From Thermoplasmatota archaeon (GTDB taxonomy: Archaea; Thermoplasmatota; Thermoplasmata; Halarchaeoplasmatales; Halarchaeoplasmataceae): a stretch of DNA of 64,000 bases. Position 1 is the first letter of the stretch; each line of letters opens with the position of its first letter. Below the pieces are notes generated by a model, which worked only from the letters and a program-made list of their open reading frames with translations, had not been told where the DNA came from and searched no databases. The translations under genes were made by a program, and so were the position numbers. Of the stretch, positions 28,904-38,240 are shown piece after piece. The stretch is from contig JAGXLF010000002.1 of assembly GCA_018334835.1 (NCBI GenBank), positions 19,585 through 83,584 on the forward strand, written 5' to 3'.

Positions 28904-28981
28904 CTCCTTATGTGTCCAGCACCATTGTAGTATTTAAATATCCGTTCGGGGGGTCAGTAAAAGTGACTCCATTGTCTGTAT

Positions 28982-29001
28982 CCTCTCCCTGAAGGAAGAG
29001 G
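28982..29001. repeat. IS left-end subterminal hairpin: CCTCT-CCCTGAAGGA-AGAGG.
   Basis: Same 10-nt loop as the right-end hairpin, with a different but self-complementary stem; about 80 nt upstream of the tnpB start. Confidence 0.55.
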
Positions 29002-29068
29002 CCTTAGACAGTTATTTAGGGTAAAGAAAACCATTCTCTTTTTATATTGCAAAGATGTTTTCAATATC

Positions 29069-30394
29069 ATGACTCTTAAAGAGATGAGGGAACTAGCCGA
29101 AGAGATGATAATTGAAGGAATTCGGTCCGCAGATCCCGAGCATCTGGTCAAAAACAATATAGATATCGACGGTCAAAAGATAAAGATATGTGGGGAGACT
29201 TTCTACCGCAACGATTATGAGGAGATCGTTTTACTAGGCGTCGGAAAGGCGTCGTTACCAATGGCAAAAGGTTGTAAAAAACTAGATCCCGACGATGGGA
29301 TAGTTATAACTAAATCTTGTAGAGATATTGAGAAAGATACATATCCTGTTAAAGTGAAAGAAGCTCATCATCCTTATCCAGAGCACGCAAATATAGAGGC
29401 GACGAATGAATTATTATCTAAAGTTGAAGGAAAAGAGAACGCTCTTTTTATATTTCTTGTTTCTGGTGGTGGTTCTGCATTATTTACATCTCCTTCGAAA
29501 GACATTACGCTTTCCGAAATAAAAGATTTGAACAGACTCCTTATCAAGTCCGGGGCGGATATCCATGAGATCAACGTCGTCAGAAAACACGTATCTAGGG
29601 TCAAAGGTGGGAGGTTCGGGAATTTCTGCTCTCAAAGGGGAGATATAGTTTCGCTGATAATTTCAGATGTGGTCGGAGACGATCTGAGTGTAGTGGCTTC
29701 AGGGCCGACCTATCCAGACGATTCCACATATAAAGATGCTGAAGAGATCCTAAAAGAATTCGATCTTTGGAAAAAAGTCTCACATAGTATAAGAGAACAC
29801 ATAAAAAAGGGAATAGAAGGAGAAGTGGAAGAGACTCCGACAGAATTAGATGTACACAATTTCCTGGTAGGTAACAACATGGTAGCTCTCCAAGGGGCTA
29901 AAAAAATAGTAGAAGAAAAGAACATCAATAATATAATACTGACCTCCCAGAACCAAGGGGGAGCAAAAGTTGTAGCCAAACCGTTGATGGGCATCGCGAA
30001 GGAGATACAAGACACTAGTAATCCGATCGGTCCACCAGCTGTATTAATACTCGGTGGGGAAACCACCGTAAGACTCGAATCTACAAATGAAGAAACTGGC
30101 AAAGGAGGTCCTAATCGAGAGTTGGTTCTAAGTTCGGCGATCGAGATTCAAGGAAGGAAGAATATTGTCATAGCTAGTGTCGACTCCGATGGTACCGACG
30201 GGCTAGGCAAGGCTGGTGCCATAGCAGATACGTCTACAGTAGAAAGATGCGAATTTGATCCAAAAGACAATCTAGAAAGACACGATACACAACCTTACTT
30301 CGAATCCATCGGTGATTCTATCGAATTCGACAGTAGAACGAATGTGAACGATATAACTGTAATAATAGTAGAGGAAAAGGATGAGAAAAAGTAA
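29069..30394 (+). CDS. Glycerate 2-kinase (MOFRL family).
   Basis: Full-length similarity pattern to MOFRL glycerate kinases (LLGVGKAS...SGGGSALF...VGDDLSVVASGPT...). Confidence 0.7.
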   Translation: MTLKEMRELAEEMIIEGIRSADPEHLVKNNIDIDGQKIKICGETFYRNDYEEIVLLGVGKASLPMAKGCKKLDPDDGIVITKSCRDIEKDTYPVKVKEAHHPYPEHANIEATNELLSKVEGKENALFIFLVSGGGSALFTSPSKDITLSEIKDLNRLLIKSGADIHEINVVRKHVSRVKGGRFGNFCSQRGDIVSLIISDVVGDDLSVVASGPTYPDDSTYKDAEEILKEFDLWKKVSHSIREHIKKGIEGEVEETPTELDVHNFLVGNNMVALQGAKKIVEEKNINNIILTSQNQGGAKVVAKPLMGIAKEIQDTSNPIGPPAVLILGGETTVRLESTNEETGKGGPNRELVLSSAIEIQGRKNIVIASVDSDGTDGLGKAGAIADTSTVERCEFDPKDNLERHDTQPYFESIGDSIEFDSRTNVNDITVIIVEEKDEKK

Positions 30395-30402
30395 AAAAGT
30401 TT

Positions 30403-31014
30403 TCACTTCGACTCTATCAATTCTCGAGTCTTATCAAAACCTTTCTCGAAAGCTGCTAGATTCATCTCCACAAATCTCTCAGGAACTTTGTCCTCTACAG
30501 CCTTCATCATATCATCTTTGTTTATTGGTAGAACTTCCGTAGCGCTCAAAGCTCCCAGCATCACTATGTTTTGAGTTATCGAAGCTCCAGCTTCTTTAGC
30601 AAGCTCTTCTGCTTTTAGTGTGATCAACCTGTCAGTCGATTTTTCGAGTGAGGGCAATATTTTTTCTTCAACACTGGGATATTCCTGAGTACCAACGCTA
30701 ACCGTGAAAGGAACTATCGGCTGTTCGTTAGTCACTATCCAAGTTTTTTTAGAAGCCTGTTCGATCGCTCTGTATGTCTCTATCGGTTCAAAACCAAGGA
30801 TCACATCAGCATCTCCTTTTCCGATTAATGGGCTATAAACTTCTTCTCCTATCTTTACTGTTGTGACAACCACTCCGCCTCTTTGAGCCATACCGTGAAC
30901 TTCGCTCATATAAACGTCCAAGTCCCTCTCAAGTGCCGCAGCTCCAAGGACTTGCGAGGACGTCAATATCCCTTGCCCGCCGACGCCGACTATCTCTAGA
31001 TTTACACGTTTCAT
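30403..31014 (-). CDS. iorB: Indolepyruvate:ferredoxin oxidoreductase beta subunit.
   Basis: MKRVNLEIVGVGGQGILTSSQVLG... gamma-domain fold. The start was moved to the ATG that overlaps the iorA stop (ATGA). Confidence 0.75.
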   Translation of the reverse strand: MKRVNLEIVGVGGQGILTSSQVLGAAALERDLDVYMSEVHGMAQRGGVVVTTVKIGEEVYSPLIGKGDADVILGFEPIETYRAIEQASKKTWIVTNEQPIVPFTVSVGTQEYPSVEEKILPSLEKSTDRLITLKAEELAKEAGASITQNIVMLGALSATEVLPINKDDMMKAVEDKVPERFVEMNLAAFEKGFDKTRELIESK

Positions 31015-32852
31015 TCTTCCCCCTCCTGCTTGATAGCGTCGAAGGGACAGATCTGAGCGCACTGACCACAGCCTACACACTGCGTTTCGTCTATAATCAC
31101 CTTCTCGCCCTCTCTCACTAGAGCTATACAGCCGAATTTGTTAGTACAAACATGACACTGCCTGCATTCTTCTTGGTCCACCTGATAGGGATCCCAATTT
31201 ACCTCCCCCTGCTCTATCAATGCGCAGGGATGCTTGGGTACCACAACAGATATACCATCATGTTCGATAGCTCTCTCGAAGACTTCTGTCGTTTCTTCGA
31301 TATCATAGGGATCTACAGTTTCCACGAACTCTACTCCCGCACCTTCGGCCAATTCTTCTATTGAGAGCATAGGTGCTTGATCACCCATGCCTGTCCTTCC
31401 TGTTCCTGGATGAGGTTGATGTCCTGTCATAGCTGTCGTTCTGTTATCCATTATCACGTAAACGAAATCGTGATCGTTGTATACGCCGCTCACGAGCGGA
31501 GCCAACCCAGAATGGAAGAAAGTTGAATCTCCTAGGAAAGCGAAGACTTGCTGATCAGTGTTTTTCGAAAAACCTCCTGCGGCTCCAACACTTGAACCCA
31601 TGCACAGTAAGAAATCAGCAGTGTTTAAAGGGTCTTGCACACCAAGAGTATAACATCCTATATCGCTAGAAAATACAGCTTCTTTATCACCTAAAGCCTG
31701 TTTCACCGAATAATACGTTCCTCTGTGGGGACAGCCTGGGCAGAGTGATGGTGGTCTAGACGGCAGATCGTATTGTTCAGGTCTCAGTGTCTCTGTATCA
31801 TCTTCAAAATCTATCAGCTCGGCTAAAGCCTCTTTTATCCTGTCAGGATTGTATTCATAAAGTCTCGAAAGATGACCGCTTTTTTTCCCATAAATCTCAA
31901 GATCTGGATTGACTTCTTTAGCTAATGCCTTCACCTTTTCTTCGAGGAACGGTTCGAGTTCTTCGACGACTAGCACTCTTTCGGCTCCTTCGATATACTC
32001 TTTAGTTTTTTCCAAAGGGAGAGGATTGGTCATCCCTAGTTTTAGAATAGAAACAGGAAGATCGTACTCCTCTTTTGCCTCTCTGATATAATTGAATCCT
32101 GCACCGGAAGATATCACATGTAGCTCAGGGTCGTTCTCATCAATAACCTCTGTGAAACGAGATTCCTCCGATATTGGACCCGCTTTTTCCATTTGCTCGA
32201 GCAGACGAGGATGATTTTTCCTCGCATTTTGAGGGACGCTCACAAATCTTCCAGGATCTTTGTCAAAGTGTCCTTCATTATCAGGCTCATTGAGATCATC
32301 GAAAGTGACCACTCCTCTTGCATGATTTACCCGGGTGGTGGTTCTCACAAGAACGGGGAGTTCTAGTTCTTCTGAAATATCGAAGGCCTCCTTTGTCATC
32401 TCTTTCGCTTCGTGAGGAGTGATAGGCTCAAGCATCGGTATATTACCTAGCAAAGAATAATATCGGTTGTCCTGTTCATTCTGGCTGGAATGCGTAGAAG
32501 GATCTCCAGCCGCAACAATTACCATACCTGCTCTCGTTCCGGCATACATCAATGTCATGAGAGCGTCGCTAGCCACGTTAACTCCAACATGTTTCATCCA
32601 AACCATCGATCTTACTCCGGATACTGCTGCTGCAGCGGCTGTCTCCATCGCGACCTTTTCGTTGGCTGAATACTCGAAGTACATCCCGTATTCCTTCGCT
32701 ATCTTTTCAAATGTATTACCAATCTCTGAAGAAGGAGTTCCAGGATAGGTAGAACCGTGGCCGATGCCAGCTTCTAGAGCACCTCTAACTATTGCTTCAT
32801 TCCCTAACAGTAATACTTCTCTTCCAGGGTCATCCTCCAACAACTCTTTCAT
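31011..32852 (-). CDS. iorA: Indolepyruvate:ferredoxin oxidoreductase alpha subunit.
   Basis: TPP/pyrimidine-binding domains, GDSTFFHSG, C-terminal 2x[4Fe-4S] ferredoxin (CRQCHVCTNKFGC...CVGCGQCAQICP). Start set at MKELLEDDPG, with a GGTGG RBS 5 nt upstream. Confidence 0.8.
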   Translation of the reverse strand: MKELLEDDPGREVLLLGNEAIVRGALEAGIGHGSTYPGTPSSEIGNTFEKIAKEYGMYFEYSANEKVAMETAAAAAVSGVRSMVWMKHVGVNVASDALMTLMYAGTRAGMVIVAAGDPSTHSSQNEQDNRYYSLLGNIPMLEPITPHEAKEMTKEAFDISEELELPVLVRTTTRVNHARGVVTFDDLNEPDNEGHFDKDPGRFVSVPQNARKNHPRLLEQMEKAGPISEESRFTEVIDENDPELHVISSGAGFNYIREAKEEYDLPVSILKLGMTNPLPLEKTKEYIEGAERVLVVEELEPFLEEKVKALAKEVNPDLEIYGKKSGHLSRLYEYNPDRIKEALAELIDFEDDTETLRPEQYDLPSRPPSLCPGCPHRGTYYSVKQALGDKEAVFSSDIGCYTLGVQDPLNTADFLLCMGSSVGAAGGFSKNTDQQVFAFLGDSTFFHSGLAPLVSGVYNDHDFVYVIMDNRTTAMTGHQPHPGTGRTGMGDQAPMLSIEELAEGAGVEFVETVDPYDIEETTEVFERAIEHDGISVVVPKHPCALIEQGEVNWDPYQVDQEECRQCHVCTNKFGCIALVREGEKVIIDETQCVGCGQCAQICPFDAIKQEGEE

Positions 32853-32862
32853 CTGGGCCACC

Positions 32863-33774
32863 TTATTCCTCTTTGTACAGTTCTTCTTGTGTGAATTTCT
32901 CTTTCTTAAGAAGCTTATCCCAATATCTATCGACATTCTTCTGAATCTTTTCAACTTCCTCTTCAGGTAGATGTCTGAACCTACCCTGTGTTCTCAGATA
33001 ATCTTTCACAGGTATCTCTTCTTTAGGTTTCTTGTAAACATTGTAAACTCCATTCTCTATTTCGTAGAGTGGGAAAACCTTTGACTTGAATGCGAGTTCC
33101 CCGATCTCTATAGTTTTACTAGGTTTAGACCTCCAACCTGTGGGACATGGAGCATAGATATGGATAAATTTAGGCCCATTGATTTCTGCAGCCTTTTTGA
33201 ACTTTTCTATGAACGACTGGGGATAGGCGATGTTAACCGTAGCTGCATAAGGGATGTTATGGCTTTCCATGATATCCATCATATCCTTTTTCGGCTGTTT
33301 TTTCCAGGCTTTTTCGCTTCCAACAGGAGTAGTTGTGGTCCATGCACCTTGTGGCGTCGAACCGCTTCTCTGGATACCAGTGTTCATGTATGCTTCATTA
33401 TCATACATCACTTGAATTGTATCTGTGCCTCTTTCTACAGCACCGGAAAGGGCCTGTATCCCGATATCTGCCGTACCGCCGTCACCAGCAAAACCAACCA
33501 CGTTGATATCTGCGTCTATATCCTTCGCATCGAGAGCTGCTCTTATACCGGATGAAGAAGCACCTGTCGTTTCAAAAGCGGTGTAAAGAAGTGGTACCTC
33601 AAGGTTCTTAGATGGATAAACACCAGGTATTACAGCCCAGCAGCAGGCTGGTATATTGACCGTCGTATCTTTACCTAGAGCCTTTAGCATATATCTCATC
33701 GCATGGGCTGCCCCACAACCAGGGCAGGCGTTATGACCAGAATTCATCAACTCTTCTTCAGGTATTTTTGCCAT
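32863..33774 (-). CDS. porB: Pyruvate/2-oxoacid:ferredoxin oxidoreductase beta subunit (TPP-binding).
   Basis: HNACPGCGAAHAMRY, GDGGTADIG TPP motif. Start set at MAKIPEE, preceded by GGAGG. Confidence 0.8.
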   Translation of the reverse strand: MAKIPEEELMNSGHNACPGCGAAHAMRYMLKALGKDTTVNIPACCWAVIPGVYPSKNLEVPLLYTAFETTGASSSGIRAALDAKDIDADINVVGFAGDGGTADIGIQALSGAVERGTDTIQVMYDNEAYMNTGIQRSGSTPQGAWTTTTPVGSEKAWKKQPKKDMMDIMESHNIPYAATVNIAYPQSFIEKFKKAAEINGPKFIHIYAPCPTGWRSKPSKTIEIGELAFKSKVFPLYEIENGVYNVYKKPKEEIPVKDYLRTQGRFRHLPEEEVEKIQKNVDRYWDKLLKKEKFTQEELYKEE

Positions 33775-33776
33775 GA

Positions 33777-34970
33777 TTATCTCCTCCATTTTTTCCTATC
33801 GCTTCTTAAGTCGACCCATTCGACCTCTTGATCTAAACCTTTATCTTGAAGTTCTATAGTGTCCAAAAATATCTTCTCTAGTATTTCTGGAGTCAGATCT
33901 CTACCTCCAAGTCCAACGATGTAATTCTTGACTACCGGAGAATTGTGCCCGTAAAGTGCTTCCTTTATCTCTCTAGCTGCATCTCCTGCAGCACCGAACG
34001 AGTAGCTCCTGTCCAATATTCCAACTACGTTCACATTTTTAGTCAATTCTCGGATCTCTTCTTTCGGGAACGGACGTAAAGTCCTCAATCTTGCCAATCC
34101 AATGTTATGTCCTTCATCTCTCAATTCGTCGATTACATCTTTTGAAGTACCGGATATGGAACCCATCGTTATCACTAGAACATCCACACCGTCGGTCTTG
34201 TACTCTTCGATGAGTCCACCAGGATCTCTACCAAATGTTTCTTCAAACTCTTTGTTCACTTCTTTTATTTTGTCCTTAGCTCCTTCCATGGCTTCCTCCA
34301 ACTTCTTCGCGAAGTCCATATACCAGTCTGGCATCACCAATGAGCCGAATCCGGCCGGATTTTCGATATCCAATTTCACGTCGGGGTCATAAGGCGGCAA
34401 GAATTCGTCCACTTTCTCTTGATCGTATATTTCAACAGGTTCTCTAGTATGACTCAGTATGAAAGCGTCTTCAACGATCATCCCAGGAAGCATGATATCC
34501 TCATCTTCGCATATCTTGTAGGCCATCAGAATGCTGTCCAAAACTTCCTGATTATTCTCACAAAAGAACTGTAGCCAACCGGTACCCTTCTGGGCTATGG
34601 TATCTAAATGATCCGCCCAAACGCTCCAAGGTGGTCCCATCGCTCTGTTAACATTGGTCATCACCACTGGTAAACGTGCTCTAGATGCCCACATCAGCAT
34701 CTCGTGCATGAGAGCCAATCCATGGGCTGAAGTCGCAGTGTAAGTTCTAGCACCCGTTGTCGAAGCGGCTATACATCCGGCCATAGCGGAGTGTTCGCTT
34801 TCCACCTTGACATATTCGGTATCCATCTTTCCGTCAGAGACGAATTCAGCAATCTTTTCAACGACAGATGTCTGGGGTGTTATTGGATAAGCCGAAACGA
34901 CTTCCGCCCTAGCCAATCTAGCTCCATATGCAGATGAATAATTTCCAGTAACTATCTTATATTCAGACAT
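33777..34970 (-). CDS. porA: Pyruvate/2-oxoacid:ferredoxin oxidoreductase alpha subunit.
   Basis: MSEYKIVTGNYSSAYGARLARAEVVSAYPITPQT N-terminus; an AGGAGG RBS sits inside the upstream gene. Confidence 0.8.
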   Translation of the reverse strand: MSEYKIVTGNYSSAYGARLARAEVVSAYPITPQTSVVEKIAEFVSDGKMDTEYVKVESEHSAMAGCIAASTTGARTYTATSAHGLALMHEMLMWASRARLPVVMTNVNRAMGPPWSVWADHLDTIAQKGTGWLQFFCENNQEVLDSILMAYKICEDEDIMLPGMIVEDAFILSHTREPVEIYDQEKVDEFLPPYDPDVKLDIENPAGFGSLVMPDWYMDFAKKLEEAMEGAKDKIKEVNKEFEETFGRDPGGLIEEYKTDGVDVLVITMGSISGTSKDVIDELRDEGHNIGLARLRTLRPFPKEEIRELTKNVNVVGILDRSYSFGAAGDAAREIKEALYGHNSPVVKNYIVGLGGRDLTPEILEKIFLDTIELQDKGLDQEVEWVDLRSDRKKWRR

Positions 34971-35877
34971 ACTTTTCCTCCTTTTCCATATCAATAGCAT
35001 CTACAGGACATATCTCAGCACATATCCCACAGCCCTTACAGAAGTCAAAATCAACGACCGCTCCTTCTTCTTCAACGAATATAGCTACATCAGGACAATA
35101 CTTCCAACATTCACCGCAGCTTATACAGGTGTCGAGGTCAACGATAGGTCTTACAGTTCTCCAGCTTCCTGTCTTGTTGAGATACTCCGAGTTGCAATCG
35201 GCGATGGGTGTCCTAGGTAGATCTGTATGGTCCTCTGGATCCTCGCACAATAAGTCTTCCGATTTCGGTATATCAGTCTGTTCCGACAAAAGAGTTCTCT
35301 CAGGTGATTCCAACTTTTCTCCAGGATATGGGCCTTGTAATTCCTCATATGCCTGTTTAGCAGCTTCCGCATTTGCTTTATTCTTCGCTGGAGCGTGCTC
35401 CAATATAACATCGATCAATGATTCCTCTTCTACCATACCCGTGGCGCTGCTAACGGCGCCCAGTATCGCAGTGTTGACGATGGGAGCGACCTCAGTTCCA
35501 AGTCCATGCTGGACAGCTATATCACTCGCATCGACCGTGTAAACATCCGCGTTTGTATTTACTTTCATTTCACTTGGCTCCTTCCCTGTGTTTATTACCA
35601 TTTGACCGTCATCCTTCAGGCCCTCTGTAACATCTACTGCCTCCATAAGTGCAGTGTCAAGAACGATCACTATATCCGGTGTATGGATCTTTGAATGATC
35701 CCTCACTTTTTTATCATCTATCCTGGTGAAGGCTGTCACGGGAGCCCCCCTTCGCTCGACACCGAACATCGGGAATGCCTGTACATCTTTTCCTTCCTCA
35801 AAGGCGGCCCGGGCTAGCAATTCAGAAGCAACAACTGAGCCCTGTCCTCCTCTTCCATGGAAGCGAACTTCTATCAT
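34963..35877 (-). CDS. porGD: Fused gamma+delta subunit of pyruvate:ferredoxin oxidoreductase (PorG-PorD).
   Basis: N-terminal gamma domain (GRGGQGSVVASELLARAAF...FGVERRGAP) fused to a C-terminal 2x[4Fe-4S] ferredoxin (CISCGECWKYCP...CKGCGICAEICP). Confidence 0.75.
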   Translation of the reverse strand: MIEVRFHGRGGQGSVVASELLARAAFEEGKDVQAFPMFGVERRGAPVTAFTRIDDKKVRDHSKIHTPDIVIVLDTALMEAVDVTEGLKDDGQMVINTGKEPSEMKVNTNADVYTVDASDIAVQHGLGTEVAPIVNTAILGAVSSATGMVEEESLIDVILEHAPAKNKANAEAAKQAYEELQGPYPGEKLESPERTLLSEQTDIPKSEDLLCEDPEDHTDLPRTPIADCNSEYLNKTGSWRTVRPIVDLDTCISCGECWKYCPDVAIFVEEEGAVVDFDFCKGCGICAEICPVDAIDMEKEEKYV

Positions 35878-36042
35878 TTCAATAGCACCATGGGACTATT
35901 AAAATCTACTATAAAGACCTTTTTGTGAGCTGGAGAAATGGATTTAATATGAAAAGGAGGAAGAAAGGGATAAATAAAAATATAACATCTCACTCTCAAT
36001 GGTCCAAGTCGTCCAAGTTCGGCTTTGAATGGTGTTCCTATC

Positions 36043-36135
36043 GGGCCGGTGGTCTAGGGGTCATGACGTCGCCCTTACAACTGTCAAAAGCAGTACGAAA
36101 GGCGAAGTTCGGCGGTTCAAATCCGCCTCGGCCCA
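36043..36135 (+). tRNA. tRNA-Val (anticodon UAC) with a 20-nt intron at the canonical 37/38 position.
   Basis: GGGCCGG acceptor paired with TCGGCCC-A; anticodon stem TCGCC/GGCGA; loop CTTACAA; T-arm GGCGG-TTCAAAT-CCGCC. About 20 nt (ACTGTCAAAAGCAGTACGAA) are inserted right after the anticodon loop. The overlapping ORF-track entries are spurious. Confidence 0.75.
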
Positions 36136-36184
36136 TCTCTATTTCTTAGTGATCTCTCTGATCCAATTTTTAAGTCCCCTTATA

Positions 36185-36781
36185 TCATCTAAATTGTTGG
36201 ATACTAAAGACCTTGAATATTTGGCTATATAAACAATCTTTTTCCGGGAAATCTCTCTCAGGTATCGATTCATCTAGAAAAGGACATAGTTTCTCCCAAC
36301 CTTCTCCATCGGTTATATCAATGATTAAGAGGTCGTCTTCTCTTTTAGAGAAATACGAAAGAACCTCTTGTCTATGTTTTTTGTAGGCCTTCCTAAATTT
36401 TTCTTCATCGTAATCTATAGCACCATAAATCTCTTTGTGAAGACGATTGAACCAGAAGTCACCTTTGAGTATCTGTCCCGGCCAAAAGTGACGGTTGCAG
36501 GAATCCAGCCATTCTTCTAACTCTCTAGTGGTGAATATGAACCTAGAACCCGGGAAGGTCTTATCTAATTCTTTGTAAAATCTAACAACAGGAAGATCAG
36601 AAAGGAAATCATACTTCTCAGCCCCTGCAAAGTCAAATTTCAAACCTTCTTCAGTATATTTTAAGAGTCTTATAGGAAAATGTTTTGTTTTATATCCCAA
36701 TATTTTGAGAGCCTTGGTTAGGCTGGTGGTACCCGTTTTAGATAGACCTATGCAGAAGACTTTATGTTTTTTTTCGATCAT
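36185..36781 (-). CDS. Sulfotransferase-family protein (PAPS-dependent type).
   Basis: 5'-PSB-like P-loop CIGLSKTGTTSL; a compact sulfotransferase fold of about 200 aa. Start moved to MIEKKHKVF. Confidence 0.6.
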   Translation of the reverse strand: MIEKKHKVFCIGLSKTGTTSLTKALKILGYKTKHFPIRLLKYTEEGLKFDFAGAEKYDFLSDLPVVRFYKELDKTFPGSRFIFTTRELEEWLDSCNRHFWPGQILKGDFWFNRLHKEIYGAIDYDEEKFRKAYKKHRQEVLSYFSKREDDLLIIDITDGEGWEKLCPFLDESIPERDFPEKDCLYSQIFKVFSIQQFR

Positions 36782-37079
36782 CGTAATTTCCCTTTCATTC
36801 TGCTCTTTTCTCGAGAAGCTTAATGAACCTTTTTCCCTTAAAAATTTACCGCGGATAGATGGAAAAGAGATCATCCTTCCTCTCACAAAACTCCTTTTCT
36901 AGAAGATGGATTATTTTTTCCCACATATTCCGGAAATATCTCATGGACTCAGATAATCATCCATTACCTTTATATATTCAAACCATTTTAAAACCTAATG
37001 TTAAAAAAATAATTCAATCTAAAATCAATAGCTCCGAAAAATCAATCCAACTTATTTTTTATTCTTTGGAGGATAAAAG

Positions 37080-38237
37080 ATGAAAATCGCAATGGTCACT
37101 GATACATGGCTACCTACAAAAGATGGTGTGGTCAATTCTATTATCCAGTTTAGGAAGTGTTTAGAGGAATTAGGTCATCAAGTTTATATATTCGCTCCGG
37201 GCCAAAAAAATAAGGTTTCAGAAGAAGACAATAATGTTTTTCTTTTCAAGTCTAAAATATTCAAACCATATCCAGATTATAGGATGGCTATCTATCCAAC
37301 TGGAAGGACTCAAAAATTACTTTCAGAAAAAAACATAGACGTGATCCATAACCATGGTATGGGATTTATGGGCATAAGAGCTATGATAGCATCAAAGTTT
37401 TTAGAATTACCCTGTGTGTTCAACTTTCATACCTGGGTTACTGATGCGTTACAATATTCTCCACTAAATTTACCAGATAACTTACTGAAACGCTTAACCT
37501 GGATATATTTACGTTACCTATTGAAAAAGAGCCATGCGGTCATCGCTCCGAGTGAGCAGACCATGATGGAATTGAAGGAAAAGTGTCCAAATATGCATCA
37601 TTCAGCCGTTCTCCCCCCCACGATAGACAGAACTCGATACAATAAGGACGTTGATGGACAATCTATTAGAAAGAGATGGGGAGTAGAAGATGAGAGTCTG
37701 CTTCTACACGTTGGCAGGATATCTAAAGAAAAAAATTTAGAGTTGATTATCAATTCCTTACCTTACATAAAAAAGGAAAGACCGGATGTGAGGCTTTTCA
37801 TCGTTGGAGATGGACCGGCAAAACCCTATTTCGAATCACTCGTGAGCAAGAAAGGTTTAGATGATGTGATAACTTTTACCGGTTTTGTTCCTGAAAAAGA
37901 ACTTCCCAAGTACTATGGAGCCGCCGATGCTTTCCTTTTCGCATCTACCTTTGAAACCTTAGGATTGGTGATGTTAGAAGCATTAGCAACAGGAACACCG
38001 GTAGTCGGACTTGACCATGGAGTAATCCCAGAGATAATTAATCACGGGGATAATGGGTTACTCTTCAAGGATAGCCCCAAGGACTGTGCTGAAAAAACTC
38101 TCAAAATCTTGCGTTCGGAGAAGAAGATCAGTGATAATTTCAATGAGAACATTCCCCAAGATAATTTAGAGTGTGGCAAGAAATTGGAAGAAATTTATGA
38201 AACCGCTAGAGAAATAAAAAGGAAAAGGATAAATTGA
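37080..38237 (+). CDS. GT4-family (GT-B fold) glycosyltransferase.
   Basis: MKIAMVTDTWLPTKDGV N-terminus, C-terminal E-x7-E-like region (LGLVMLEALATGTPVV), GGAGG RBS. Confidence 0.75.
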   Translation: MKIAMVTDTWLPTKDGVVNSIIQFRKCLEELGHQVYIFAPGQKNKVSEEDNNVFLFKSKIFKPYPDYRMAIYPTGRTQKLLSEKNIDVIHNHGMGFMGIRAMIASKFLELPCVFNFHTWVTDALQYSPLNLPDNLLKRLTWIYLRYLLKKSHAVIAPSEQTMMELKEKCPNMHHSAVLPPTIDRTRYNKDVDGQSIRKRWGVEDESLLLHVGRISKEKNLELIINSLPYIKKERPDVRLFIVGDGPAKPYFESLVSKKGLDDVITFTGFVPEKELPKYYGAADAFLFASTFETLGLVMLEALATGTPVVGLDHGVIPEIINHGDNGLLFKDSPKDCAEKTLKILRSEKKISDNFNENIPQDNLECGKKLEEIYETAREIKRKRIN

Positions 38238-38240
38238 ATC

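Larger units (their letters stand above)
27765..29010 (-). mobile_element. IS200/IS605-family insertion sequence carrying only tnpB (IS1341-like, non-autonomous); boundaries approximate.
   Basis: tnpB is flanked by subterminal hairpins that share an identical loop. GC content is clearly higher than in the flanks. There is no room for tnpA in the 165 nt upstream of tnpB. Confidence 0.7.

Noticed and set aside
28514-28930. A 138-aa plus-strand ORF that might have been a tnpA remnant.
   Set aside because: It is antisense within tnpB, has no HUH or Y1 transposase motif, and the real 5' flank of tnpB is only 165 nt.
30395-30402. A possible small element between the convergent glycerate-kinase and iorB genes.
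   Set aside because: The gap is only 8 nt, with T-runs consistent with simple archaeal oligo-T terminators on both strands.
32852-32954. An apparent 92-nt overlap between porB and iorA, and a 13-nt overlap between porA and porB.
   Set aside because: Re-examining the starts places iorA at MKELLEDDPG (32852, GGTGG RBS) and porB at MAKIPEE (33774, GGAGG RBS). This gives the normal tight spacing, and the longer ORFs are upstream read-through.
35925-36232. ORF-track entries of 74 aa and 67 aa covering 35925-36232.
   Set aside because: They overlap the intron-containing tRNA-Val gene and its flanks. There is no coding signal, so they were judged spurious.
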